A stretch of 64,000 nt of DNA from Paraspadella gotoi (lineage: Eukaryota > Animalia > Chaetognatha): contig CM119271.1 of assembly GCA_051294375.1 (NCBI GenBank), positions 13,451,515-13,515,514 of the forward strand, read 5' to 3'. The position numbers and the translations under genes are program-made. Below are positions 1-11,784 of this stretch, piece after piece; the first letter of the stretch is position 1; each line of letters begins with the position of its first letter. The notes under the pieces were generated by a model that did not search any database, had not been told where the DNA came from, and saw nothing but the letters and a program-made list of their open reading frames with translations.

Positions 1-1274
1 GTGTTAAAAATAATAATGTATTTAATACAAGTAAGTAGAAAGGTAGGGCAAAGAAAAAAGGTCGAAGCGAAGTAAATGTAGAATAGTAAATGACCAACAA
101 ATCGTGAATAAGTTTATTTTCGTAGGGAATAAACGAATGGAGAAATCAATGTCGTACCATAAATTGGTGTCGACTATTTTGAAAGGGACACTTTGATTTA
201 CATTTTAGCAGTAGTTGTGCTCTGCATCAATTTCTTTATTCAACGTATTCTATTTCTGTAGCAGCTCTCAACAACAACAAGAGGGATTTATGGATCTCGG
301 CATTTCGTAAGTAGTAAAGGTTCATAATTTTGTATCAACGTTTTGCCGACACGTTTTTTTTAATAAATAGACTTTTAGTTTTTCGGCGACTCGTTTATGA
401 ATTTAAATCTAATTCACTTCTATCAAATCTTATCTTATCAGTTATTTTCATCTATTTTGTCCGTCTTTCTTTTTTTTCGAATTTTATTCATTAAAAATTT
501 ATCTCACTTTCGGTAATTGACTTTTTTATCTTTCGCCGTTCTAAATTTCCCTTTCCCAATTTAATCTGAAAACCCAAAACTAATTAATTGTATTTTTTTC
601 TAAATAAATCTTTTTTTTTCGTAAATCATCGTTTATTCCCTAAATTTGTTTCGCGTCTTTCATTTTGTCAAAAGCAGAGTTGATAATTTCCCGTTCATTC
701 TATACTATATAAGCATATCATAAGCATATAGCATAACCTATTTTTTAAATTTTAACCCCCTTTAAATTTTAATATTTATACCATCCTCTCCCATAATTTT
801 TCTCTCCTTTTTATCCTCCTTTCCTAATTCCTAATAACTTCGCCAAACAGTCTATTTTTTTTTTTATCATCCAACGTCGATTTTAAGTTTCCTTTCGGAT
901 CCATTCTCGGCCTTATTTTCCCAGAACCCCCCGTTTCATCTGAGGTTAGGAATTAGGGTTTAAGGGAACCGCCTCGTCATTTTCGTACAACTTTCCTCTC
1001 TCTCCCATTTTTAAAATCCTTAAGTTTTAACCTTAAATTTCCTGTTTTCATCTTTCTCATTCAACTTCCTCCTCCCAGTCCTATAAACCTTCCTTCCCAC
1101 TTCTCTTCCCATCAAATTACTTTCCTCTTTCCCACCTTCCCCCCTCCCTTTCCCATCATTTTCCCACTTCACCCCTCACGTCCCACTTTCCCATCGGACC
1201 CCGTCCGTCCCCTTCCCTTTGCCTGAAGGATCTAAGTGATTTAAGCTTCTCTCAGGAAAAAAAAAGGTTAAAAG

Positions 1275-1275
<1 letters not shown>

Positions 1276-1326
<51 letters not shown>
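1276..1326. repeat. (CT)n microsatellite, representative of >25 (CT)/(GA) tracts in the window
   Basis: Direct reading. Similar tracts at ~5015-5100, 5208-5280, 6770-6880, 13417-13505, 15700-15733, 16314-16425, 24893-24968, 59460-59516 and 60268-60340. They generate the poly-ER/poly-SL ORFs. Confidence 0.97.
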
Positions 1327-1671
1327 ACGCACGCGGCTTCTTTTTTATATTTACCTTTTTCCCCCTCCCTCTCATTTTTTTTTCAATTTTCGCAATTTTT
1401 ATTTTATTTTATAAATATTTTCTTTTTTTTTCAGGCTTCGTCGTATCAACAAAAAGCGCGACGGCGCATTCGCTAAAAGATGAGAAAATAATTGCTTTTT
1501 CCTTTTTTCCATTTTTTTTCTTTCTTTTTTTTTCTTTTTTTTATTTTTTTTTGCTCTCTCTCTAGATCGTCTTTTTTTTCTCCAAACGCAACACATTTTG
1601 GAGGAATCGCTATTTTCATTTCTTCATTAGGTCAAAATAATAAATGTTTATAAATAAATGTTTATAATATA

Positions 1672-1846
1672 TCACTTCATCGATAGGGAAGCCAATTACT
1701 GTGAGATTTAATAAACGAAACTGTGAGAGTCTCGATTCGAACCTTGCAGGGTCTTGCTAAGCTATTATCTCGTAAGTAGGATGGAATTCTTAACCCACTT
1801 TAGCCTTTCCCAAATTCATGAGTAAGATACACGTAGCTTGTTTATT
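1672..1846 (+). mobile_element. ~210-bp dispersed repeat family A, diverged copy in opposite orientation
   Basis: CACTTCATCGATAGGGAAGCC...AAACGAAACTGTGAGAGTCTCGATTCGAACCTTGCAGGGTCTTGCTA is the reverse complement of the copies at 3008, 8686 and 14254. Strand labels for this family are relative orientation only. Confidence 0.75.
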
Positions 1847-1869
1847 CTACGAAAGAATAATTATTCTAT

Positions 1870-1909
1870 TATTTATAATAATAACCTAATAATAATAAAA
1901 TAATAATAA

Positions 1910-1950
<41 letters not shown>
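1870..1950. repeat. (ATA)n microsatellite
   Basis: Direct reading; source of the poly-Tyr ORF. Confidence 0.95.
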
Positions 1951-1954
<4 letters not shown>

Positions 1955-2169
1955 GATTCTCTCTTTCGCCGCTTGATCGTTTCCTGTAAAGTTTCCTTCT
2001 TTCCTTTGCAAAAATCGTTACGAGTTGTAAAAAAAAAAACAACAACAACAAAAAACAGAAAACAGATTCCTTTTTCTATTTATGTTTTTTTGTTGTTTTT
2101 TTTTCGCTCTTGCGATGGTTTATGTTTTCTCCATCGCGACGAAGAGAAAACGACGAAACCTTTTCGCTA

Positions 2170-2760
2170 TCTCGTAAATCTTTCAACGCTCATCTCAGGG
2201 GTAAATAAATCTTTCATTGTTCATATCAGGGTAAATAAATCTTTCATTGTTCATCTAAGGGGTGAATAAATATTTCAACGTTCATCTCATGGGTGAATAA
2301 ATTTTTCATTGTTAATGTCAGGGGTGAATAAATCTTTCAATGTTCATCTTAGGGGTGAACAAATCTTTAAACGTTCATCTTAGGGGTGAATAAATCTTTC
2401 ATAGTTCATCTAAGTTATGAATAATTTTTTTAAGGTTCATCTCAGGAGTGAAAAACTCCTTCAAAGCCTTTGTAGTTCGTATTAAGGATGAATAAATGTG
2501 TTCATCTCAGAGAAAAGTAAATCATTCAGCATTTATTTGATGCGCGAATAAATCATTTGTAGTTCATTTCAAGGATACGTAAATAAATCTTTTAGAATTC
2601 ATCTTTTTGGTGAATTTATGTCTTTTATAGTTCTTTTCAGGGATAATTAAATCTTTCAGTATTCTTACATTTCATCGCAGGGGTAAATTAATACTTTGTA
2701 GTTGATCTCGGGGATAAAAAAAGTTTAAACAATTTTTTTTTAGAAATAAATCTTTAAATA
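2170..2760. repeat. ~30-bp minisatellite, consensus ~GGGGTGAATAAATCTTTCATTGTTCATCTCA, roughly 18-19 units
   Basis: Head-to-tail units with no spacers; near-perfect at 2195-2410, decaying toward 2760. Confidence 0.9.
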
Positions 2761-3007
2761 AAAACTGGAAAAAAATATATTGACCCCTGTTGAATGGATT
2801 CTTGGCGCCGGATTCGCGATCGGAGCTGATGTTTCCTCGATGGGAAAATGGCGTCGATTGAAGTCAATTGCCGACGTCGTAAATGGCAAAGTAGCATTTG
2901 ATGTTGTTGATGGCAAAGTGGCGTCGATGGCAATGTGATGTTGATGTCATAAATGGACGAGTGGCGTTGATGTGTTTGATGGCAGAATGTCGTTAATTTC
3001 TTTCATC

Positions 3008-3232
3008 GTTTATGAAATTGGTACAACCAATAAAAATTTTTGTTTATTCATTTAATAAATAAGCTATTTTGCCCCTGACTTTGGACAGCCTGTCCAATGG
3101 ACAGGCTTTAGTGGTTTAAGGCCTTCATCATTCTTACGAGATAATAACATAGCAAGTTCCTGCAAGCTTTCAATCGAGACTCTCTCGCAGTCAAGTTTAT
3201 TAACTCCCAGAGTCCCTGGCTTCCCCATCAAT
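3008..3232 (-). mobile_element. dispersed repeat family A, near full-length copy
   Basis: TTTATGAAATTGGTACAACCAATA...GCCCCTGACTTTGGACAG...GTGGTTTAAGGCCT...CTGCAAGCTTTCAATC...GGCTTCCCCATCAA, shared with the 8686, 14254, 21198 and 27318 copies. Confidence 0.85.
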
Positions 3233-5038
3233 TATGTTATCGCTGATGAGCAGATCTGGGACATGAAATGCTGAGGTCACATCGTTGACTTGGCGATGTT
3301 CATTCCACTGAAAAAGGCCTTGGCAACGTACTTTTTAAAAAATCACCTACAATTTAACTGAAAAAAAATATTTGGAGATCCGAACTGTGGGGGGTTTGNN
3401 NNNNNNNNNNNNNNNNNNNNNNNNNNNNNNNNNNNNNNNNNNNNNNNNNNNNNNNNNNNNNNNNNNNNNNNNNNNNNNNNNNNNNNNNNNNNNNNNNNNN
3501 NNNNNNNNNNNNNNNNNNNNNNNNNNNNNNNNNNNNNNNNNNNNNNNNNNNNNNNNNNNAGAGAGAGAGAGAGAGAGACAATTTGTGAAAACTTAATTTT
3601 CTCGACGGCGGAGATCTTAAAAAACTCCTCAGTGTTCATGGACTTCGAAAATCGTCGAGGCCGAACTCACCTCCTTTTCCTTACCTTTTTTTCCTTTTCT
3701 TTCCTTTTCCTTATACCTTTTTTTCTTTTCTTTCTTTTTCCTTATTTTTTGTAAAAAACGTTTTTTGGACGCAGGTTANNNNNNNNNNNNNNNNNNNNNN
3801 NNNNNNNNNNNNNNNNNNNNNNNNNNNNNNNNNNNNNNNNNNNNNNNNNNNNNNNNNNNNNNNNNNNNNNNNNNNNNNNNNNNNNNNNNNNNNNNNNNNN
3901 NNNNNNNNNNNNNNNNNNNNNNNNNNNNNNNNNNNNNNNNNNNNNNNNNNNNNNNNNNNNNNNNNNNNNNNNNNNNNNNNNNNNNNNNNNNNNNNNNNNN
4001 NNNNNNNNNNNNNNNNNNNNNNNNNNNNNNNNNNNNAGAGAGAGAGAAGACGTTTCGTTTTTTAAAAAAGATAAGAGGAAAAACGATTTTCTTATGCTTA
4101 TTTTTTTTTCCTAACTGAAAGAGGGAATCGTTAGCCGGCCATACGTTCGATTTTAGAATTATAATATTTGTTTACTTATTAGTAAAATATATGAGTTGAA
4201 TAATGTATGTTGTAAAACCCTTTAGCGAATTACGGTGATTCGAGGTTCAAGGACGAGCTGAAAAGTCACGGGTTCGCGACCCGAATAACTTTTGATTTCT
4301 AAACAGATTTATCCCAGGATGCATGCACTCGTGATTTTTTTACCGGTTTTTTTACGACAAAAATGACAAACACGACGACGACGACGGTGACTGTGACCTC
4401 TACAACAACAACAACAACAACAACAGCATCGAAGACGCCGATAATGACAACAACAATGACGACGACGACAACGACAACGACTCTCCCTGAAAACTTGCCC
4501 AATCGATGAGAAGGTCAGTTCGACCAAAAATTGCGTCTCCCTTTCTTCTTCGCCCTCGACTCCTCTTCCTACTCTTCCTCTTCCTCCTTTTCTTTCTTTC
4601 TTTCCTCCCTCTTCTCCTTTCTACTAATTCATCTTCTTAAGCCCTCCTCTTCCCTCATTCCTCTTCCTCACTCTTCTCCTTCTCTACCCTCTCCTCCTTT
4701 TCCTCCTCCCCTCTTGCTTTCTCTCTGTGTCGTATTCCTCATACCCCTCTCTTGTTGCACGCTTCTCCTCCTCCTCTCTTCGCTCCTCGCCTTTCTCTCT
4801 TCTCTTTCTCTCCGCTTTTCCTCTCCTTGCTCTTCCTCTGCTCCCTTGCTTCCTCCTCCTGTTCACTCCGTCTTGCCGCTCCTCCAGCGACACTGACATC
4901 AAAACTATTTATTTTTATTTCTTCTTTCATATTTTTTCGTTCGCTTATCATCCTTTCGAGCTCCTTTTCTTTTTGTACGACTCGGTCTCTTGTCTTTGTC
5001 TTTGGTCTTTGTCTCGCTCTCTCTCTCTCTCTCGTCTG

Positions 5039-5071
<33 letters not shown>

Positions 5072-5214
5072 TTCTTCCTCTCCCTCTCCCTCCCTATCTC
5101 TCCCTTTTTTCCCTGTTTTTTCGTTCGTTTGCATAAAAATGTGATCAGTTTCTTTGCGTCTCATCTTAGGACGGAGAAAAAAAAAACTTCGTTGCTTCGT
5201 CGCTGCCAGAGAGA

Positions 5215-5283
<69 letters not shown>

Positions 5284-5589
5284 TTCCTAACTTTTCCCCT
5301 AATGAAAAAAAGTCTATTATTTTATTTTTGTTGCCAATACGACTTTGTTTGTAATAATAAACCATTAATTCTCCTTTAATTAAAACAAAAAGATGACAAA
5401 AATGTTCACAAGATGCGATATAAAGATAAATGGAAAAAATGGATACTTTTCCAAAAAGAAAAAAATAAGAGATGTTTCCATATTTTCCCTTTTTTTTCTT
5501 CAAATTCCTTAAATTTCCAATTTCTATAACCGAGAATCGACTTTCTGAACCGCGAACGAAAAAAGTTCCGTAACTAAAAAACGGACTTT

Positions 5590-5627
5590 ATTCATTCATT
5601 CATTCATTCATTCATTCATTCATTCAT

Positions 5628-5726
<99 letters not shown>

Positions 5727-5742
5727 TTTGTTTGTTTGTTTA
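5590..5742. repeat. compound microsatellite (ATTC)n-(TTTA)n-(TTTG)n
   Basis: Direct reading. Confidence 0.95.
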
Positions 5743-6411
5743 ATTAGTGAGGTAGTTATTTAATTTGCAAAAACCATACAATTGTAAAAAAGTGTTAAAC
5801 ATATTCAATAATAAGCGTATTTAAGACCCTATTGGGTTAATAACTTATAATAACAATAATACAAAATTTAATCAAAGACTTAAGACATGGGACTAAATTT
5901 TGTTAAAGATCTAATCAAATAATCGCTCGGTCGGTATGTCAGTCTGTCAGTCTGTCCCTCTTACATTAAAAATGCATATAAAAAACCTCAAATCTAAGGG
6001 ACTGCTAGCGCCGCCTTCACGAATTCCAAAAACTATAAGGAATAAAAGACAGAATTTTGATTCAGTGCATGTCATAAATATGGACGAAGAAAGTTTTTGA
6101 GTCATGTCAGGTCATGTCATGCGAAAATAAAGTCACCGCGGCGCAACACATTGAAATTACCGTTTTTGTTTTTTCAAAAATCAAAGATGGCCGCCTTTCC
6201 CTCACGCCCTCTTTCGGAGGGCGGAATGCCCGTCGATTGCCCGTCGTTCGTCGTCGCCCGCTAACAAGCTAATTAATATTCCGTCGAAAAGATAAAACCT
6301 TTTTTATGTGTGGGCGAAAAAAAAATTTTATGTGTGGGAGAAAAAAAATTTCAAAAAAGAAAAAAACTCGTTGACGGTCGAGTTAAGAGAATGTTTTGAA
6401 ATTTTTCGTTC

Positions 6412-6413
6412 GT

Positions 6414-6456
<43 letters not shown>

Positions 6457-6890
6457 CTTCTTCTCTTCTTTCTTTATCTTTACTTTCTTTCTTTATTTTC
6501 TTTCTTTCTTTCTTTCTTTTTCTTTCTTTCTGTCTTTCAATCTTTCTTTCTTTATTTCTTTCTTTCTTTCTTTCTTTTTCTTCTTTTTTACTTTCTTTTT
6601 CGTTCTTTTTTTCTGAACCGTGTTACTTTTTTCTTTTTTTTTCTGTCTTGCTTTTTGACTTACTTTCTGTCTTTCTATCTTTTGTAGTATTTTTCCTTCT
6701 TTTTTCATCTTTATTTTTCTTTTTAGCCTCTTCCTCTGTTTCTTTCTGTCTCTCTCTATCATTATTTCTGTCTCTCTCCTCTCTCTTTCTCTCTCTCTCT
6801 CTCTCTATTCTCCTCTCTTTCTCTCTCTCTCTCTCTCTCCTCTCTCTCTTCTTCTCTCTCCTCTCTGCTCTCTCTCTCTCTCTTTTCCCA
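6412..6890. repeat. polypyrimidine tract, (CTTT)n grading into (CT)n
   Basis: Direct reading; source of the Phe/Leu/Ser-rich ORFs. Confidence 0.93.
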
Positions 6891-7017
6891 CACCCCCTCC
6901 TTTTTAATTCCGGTCTCCGGCGTGACCTTGAACCCCACCTCAATTTGCTTTCGACCTTAACTGGCATAAAACTGGCACAAGGTGGCATAAGGTGGCACCG
7001 AGCGGAAGAGAGTCGGA

Positions 7018-7455
7018 GGAAACGGCCCACAGGGTCCACGGGCCGGCGACGTCGGATAAAAGTCAAAGGGAATTGGGCTCACGCTGAACAAATTGAAAAA
7101 AGATAGAGGAAATGGCCCACTCGCTCTCTGGGATGATTACGTTATAAAAAAGTTAACATCTTTGGACCCTGTACAAATTGAATCAAAATACCAGAAATGG
7201 CCCACGGTGTGCACCGGCCGACAACGTAGGATTTAAAATTTACCGGAATTCAACTCACGCTGTACTTATCGAAAAAAAAATATAAGAAATGGCCCATGGG
7301 TTCTACTCGCAAACAACATTATATGAAATTGACAGGAATTTAACTCACGCTGTACTGTTCGGAAAAAAATATAAGAAATGGCCCATGGGTTCTACTCGTA
7401 AACAACATTATATGAAATTGACAGGAATTTAACTCACGCTGTACTGTTCGGAAAC
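7018..7455. repeat. ~89-bp tandem array, 5 units anchored on AAATGGCCCA
   Basis: Anchor motif at ~7020, 7110, 7196, 7287 and 7376. Most units share GGAATT.AACTCACGCTGTAC; the last two are almost identical. Confidence 0.85.
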
Positions 7456-7897
7456 GTCCTAAGCTCAGCAAAAAGCTTCGCCTCTAATCGGAAAAACGTC
7501 GCCGGTTGTGGCCCACGAGCAGTTGGAACAAAGTTAACGGATCTGGCCCACGGGCAGTCGAGGTCAGAAAACAAAGGAAATGACGCCGAAAGAAAAAAAA
7601 AAACAACTCAAATGAAATGGCCCAATGGTCCTGCGGCTCCTGCCTCCGCCTCCTGCCGCTGCTGCTGCTGGCGTTCGGTGCAGCTGCCGCAGCCGTCTGA
7701 CGTTAGAGGAGAAAATGAGAATAGAGACCAATATTCTCCAAAAAATTTTGGGTCAAAGCAACAAAACAAAAAAAAGAATGAAAATGTTAGCGAAAAAAAA
7801 GTGTTTTCTTTAATTTTTTGATTCCGAAGTTTTAATGAATTTAAATTTTTTTTTTAAAAACTTAAATACATTCTGCGAAAGAGTTTAATTGTCAATC

Positions 7898-8085
7898 AGT
7901 CTGCAGAAGACAACTATCCGCATTGTCTGTAATCCTTCGGCTCGGAACCAGGCTTGAGGGTTCTCCACGCCCCCAAGCCGGTCTAAGGCCGTCTTCCCGC
8001 TTCCCGCAGGGTTGGCGCCATGGGTGATCAATCCCGGCTCCTAATGGTGATCAGCTGATGATATTTATAACTCAATGTTACGCTC
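7898..8085 (-). mobile_element. tRNA-derived SINE, diverged copy
   Basis: Reverse complement carries CATTGAGT..CATCAGCT, GTGGAGAACCCTCAAGCCTGGTTCC and CGGATAGTTGTCTTC, collinear with the 10375 copy. Confidence 0.7.
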
Positions 8086-8685
8086 ATAGGCGAGGTGAAT
8101 TTTGTTGCAATTTCCCTTCTTTCAAAAACGGTGGGTATATGTTTGGTAACGTTTTCACTTAATTGCTTTTGTTTTTAAACTACAAGGAAGATATGCTAAC
8201 GTTTCGACACCCACACATATTAGCCAGCGGGCCCTTTCCCACCCTTTAACTCGAACCGTTATTAAAATGGCCGAAAAAAAAAATATTACCCCAACGTTAA
8301 TTCCAATTTTTCTCCGGTCCGAGGTGCCGAAAACAACGCTGCTCTCGCTTCATTCTCTGCCCGATGGATCCTCGTTCTCGGGTCAAACGTTCATAACCGG
8401 GTCATGGACATTGAACTGGCGGNNNNNNNNNNNNNNNNNNNNNNNNNNNNNNNNNNNNNNNNNNNNNNNNNNNNNNNNNNNNNNNNNNNNNNNNNNNNNN
8501 NNNNNNNNNNNNNNNNNNNNNNNNNNNNNNNNNNNNNNNNNNNNNNNNNNNNNNNNNNNNNNNNNNNNNNNNNNNNNNNNNNNNNNNNNNNNNNNNNNNN
8601 NNNNATCGAAGATGAGATTATGTATCTTACTTAAACAATCGAACAAAAAATCCAGTTTTTGAGCTTGTTTAAAACTAATCTCTTA

Positions 8686-8880
8686 ATTTATGACTTTGGT
8701 ACAACCGCAATAAATAAGATATCTTGCTTCTGATTATGGACAGGCTTTGGTGGTTTAAGGCCTCCATCACTCTCACTCGATAATGACATAGCAGGTCCCT
8801 GCAAGCTTTCAATCAAGACTATCTCACAGTCTCGTTTATTCACTCCCAGAGTACCTGGCTTCCCTATCAATGAAGTGGTA
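8686..8880 (-). mobile_element. dispersed repeat family A copy
   Basis: Same blocks as the 3008 and 14254 copies, with a short internal deletion near the left end. Confidence 0.85.
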
Positions 8881-9634
8881 TATTATTTCCAAGTAGGTTT
8901 TAATTGTATAAAAGGACCACTCCCTCAAGTATTAGATCGGGGTATATACTATATTGTTACTTTTGCAACAGCCTATTAAAAAGTTTTATGTCCAGTTGGT
9001 CGGAGTTGAAACAACTGCATCTTACTGTATTTCTCAAAGTAAGACAGAGAATCTCATCGCTAAGGCGTCGTCGATGATAACAACAAACAACAACGACGAC
9101 GACGCCACTAAGCGTCAACAACATCGTTCACTGCGATGGGCAGTCACTACGATTCACTTCGAACACGAAAACAATTCACGACAACAAAAAGCCACAACAG
9201 ACGGACGACGACGACGACGACGACACGACGACGATGACGAAAGACTAGAAGACGATACGACAAGGAGGTCGCCGACCAAGGCGGATGACCAATGAGGACG
9301 ACAATGACGAAGACGATGACGATAAAGTCTTCTATGATAAAGATGATATTGGTTACAGCGACAGTGGTGGCGATGACATTAAAGAAGAAAGAAGAAGAAC
9401 AACAACGATGACAAAGACTAGATGACGATGCAATAACAAGAAGTAGTGAAGGACAATGATGATGACGACGATGAAGTTTAAAAATGACAAAGAAGACGAC
9501 GATAAGCGATGATGACGACGATGACGACGGACGAGGCGTGACGACGACGACGACCGACTACACAGAATAGTAACTGAAATCGCAGTGAGAATAAATGGCT
9601 GCTATTCAGGTGCAAGGGCAGAGATGGAAGAAGG

Positions 9635-10331
9635 AAAAACAAGTTTGAGCGAACAATGTCGGATCTGCCCACGATCATTAGTGGTAATTAATTAATTTAT
9701 TAATTAATTTAAGTTGCTTTTATGCTGGTCAGTGATGAAAAGACCTAAAAACAAACATTTCGGATCAAATTAATTAATTAATTAATTCGTCACCGACCAC
9801 GACAAAAGCAACGACGACGATGATGGCGACGACGACAATAATGCCAATAACGATTGACTTGATTGATTGATTGATTGATTGATTGACATTGATTGATTGA
9901 TTGATTGATTAATTAATTGACAAATAAATTTATTGATTGAATAATTAAATAATAGATAAATAAATTGATAGTTTGAATAATACTTGCTTGATTAATTGAC
10001 TGATTAAATAATTATTAATTAATTTATTTATTAATTGATTAATTAACCGATTAATTGCACCATCCACTCATGAGTAATTGGCGTTCAAAAAGTGAAATAT
10101 ATTTTGTTGTTTTTTCTATTTAAACTCATTTCCACTCGGACGACTTCATCGACACTTCATATCCAGCTCAATCACACACTTCCCTACCCACACACAAAAT
10201 TTCATTTCAATCACGAGTAATTGGCGTTTTTTGCTAAGGAGGGACGGACAGACAGATTGAGGGGGCGGACCAACGGACCGACAAAGTGGATTATAGAGAC
10301 GGGATCTGCTTAACAGCAGATCCGACTAAAA
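9635..10331 (-). mobile_element. complete non-autonomous Helentron-type element (HINE/DINE-1-like)
   Basis: The minus strand starts TTTTAGTCGGATCTGCT-GTTA-AGCAGATCC (5' palindrome at 10302-10323), followed by a GTCC/GTCT-type tract. The 11-bp subterminal inverted repeat GTCGGATCTGC lies at 9658-9668 and 10316-10326. The 3' end is GCAGATCCGAC-ATTGTTCGCTCAAACTTGTTTTT. T-runs flank both ends and there is no TSD. This matches the established HINE architecture. Confidence 0.8.
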
Positions 10332-10374
10332 TTGCATAAGTTCACCCCGCCTAAAAGCATGACGCCTCCAGTCG

Positions 10375-10570
10375 TGACCCGGTGGCTCATTGAGTAAAGC
10401 CATCAGCTCACTAGGTACCGGGTTCAATCCTAACCCGGGAAGATGTCCGTAAGCCATCTTGGGGCCGTGGAAAACCCCCCAAGCCTGGTTCCAATGTTCC
10501 CAGGACCCGTTCCAGGGCTGAGGTGGCCGAGAAGTTACGGATAGTAGTCTTCAGCCCACTTAGCGCCTTA
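10375..10570 (+). mobile_element. tRNA-derived SINE, best-preserved copy
   Basis: Pol III A-box-like GGTGGCTCATTGAGT (10381) and B-box GGTTCAATCC (10421-10430) at tRNA-like spacing, followed by a GC-rich body shared with three other loci. Confidence 0.75.
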
Positions 10571-11701
10571 TCCCTACGATAATAGGAGAAAGGGATAGGG
10601 TAAGAAAAATGGATAGAGATTGTTAGGCGATTCTTGCGGATCATAATTGTTACTCTCTTCATGATTGTTTTGACAATTATACTTTTATATGACGTTTTAT
10701 GCATTGATCGGTCGCGATGTCACGAAAACAACGTAACAAAGTAACAACTTAACAAAGTAACGAGCAAATGAGAATTGAATGAGAGACTTTATTAAATTTG
10801 TGTTTTAACCTTTATACAATTTCCCTTTATAATTTTCCCACTTTAAAAATTCGGAANNNNNNNNNNNNNNNNNNNNNNNNNNNNNNNNNNNNNNNNNNNN
10901 NNNNNNNNNNNNNNNNNNNNNNNNNNNNNNNNNNNNNNNNNNNNNNNNNNNNNNNNNNNNNNNNNNNNNNNNNNNNNNNNNNNNNNNNNNNNNNNNNNNN
11001 NNNNNNNNNNNNNNNNNNNNNNNNNNNNNNNNNNNNNNNNNNNNNNNNNNNNNNNNNNNNNNNNNNNNNNNNNNNNNNNNNNNNNNNNNNNNNNNNNNNN
11101 NNNNNNNNNNNNNNNNNNNNNNNNNNNNNNNNNNNNNNNNNNNNNNNNNNNNNNNNNNNNNNNNNNNNNNNNNNNNNNNNNNNNNNNNNNNNNNNNNNNN
11201 NNNNNNNNNNNNNNNNNNNNNNNNNNNNNNNNNNNNNNNNNNNNNNNNNNNNNNNNNNNNNNNNNNNNNNNNNNNNNNNNNNNNNNNNNNNNNNNNNNNN
11301 NNNNNNNNNNNNNNNNNNNNNNNNNNNNNNNNNNNNNNNNNNNNNNNNNNNNNNNNNNNNNNNNNNNNNNNNNNNNNNNNNNNNNNNNNNNNNNNNNNNN
11401 NNNNNNNNNNNNNNNNNNNNNNNNNNNNNNNNNNNNNNNNNNNNNNNNNNNNNNNNNNNNNNNNNNNNNNNNNNNNNNNNNNNNNNNNNNNNNNNNNNNN
11501 NNNNNNNNNNNNNNNNNNNNNNNNNNNNNNNNNNNNNNNNNNNNNNNNNNNNNNNNNNNNNNNNNNNNNNCATAACCGGATTGAAACTGGCGGGCGGCGG
11601 CTCAGGCGGGTGGCGGGCGGCGGCCCCGGGTCTATTCGTCCGGAAACAAATACAATTTCAAATCGGATTTTTTTCCCTTTCGACGATTCCACAGATTTTA
11701 T

Positions 11702-11784
11702 GATGACGACGATGACAGCGACGACGATGACAGCGACGACGATAACAGCGACGACGATGACAGCGACGACGATGACAGCGACGA
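11702..11784. repeat. 15-bp repeat (GACGATGACAGCGAC)n running into a gap
   Basis: Direct reading. One of several (GAC)-rich low-complexity tracts (4350-4480, 9070-9560, 12000-12110). Confidence 0.9.

Noticed and set aside
2170-2760. CRISPR-like array
   Set aside because: Units are contiguous with no unique spacers, there are no cas genes, and the context is eukaryotic.
3240-3300. Hammerhead ribozyme core (CTGATGA...GAAA)
   Set aside because: Stems II and III cannot be paired convincingly, and the motif is absent next to other family A copies.
4531-7106. Long ORFs rich in ER, SL, F or K
   Set aside because: Translations of (GA)n, (CT)n, (CTTT)n and poly-A tracts. The same applies to ORFs at 49810-53456 and 58689-62889.
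7018-7455. Repeat-spacer array with a constant AAATGGCCCA repeat
   Set aside because: The apparent spacers are homologous to each other, so this is a diverged 89-bp tandem repeat.
8688-8870. 60-aa ORF as a gene or GIY-YIG C-terminus
   Set aside because: It lies inside repeat family A, the frame is broken in other copies, and the motif resemblance is too weak.
10375-10450. Functional tRNA gene
   Set aside because: A and B boxes are present, but there is no full cloverleaf or T-run terminator, and the sequence continues into a dispersed repeat body.
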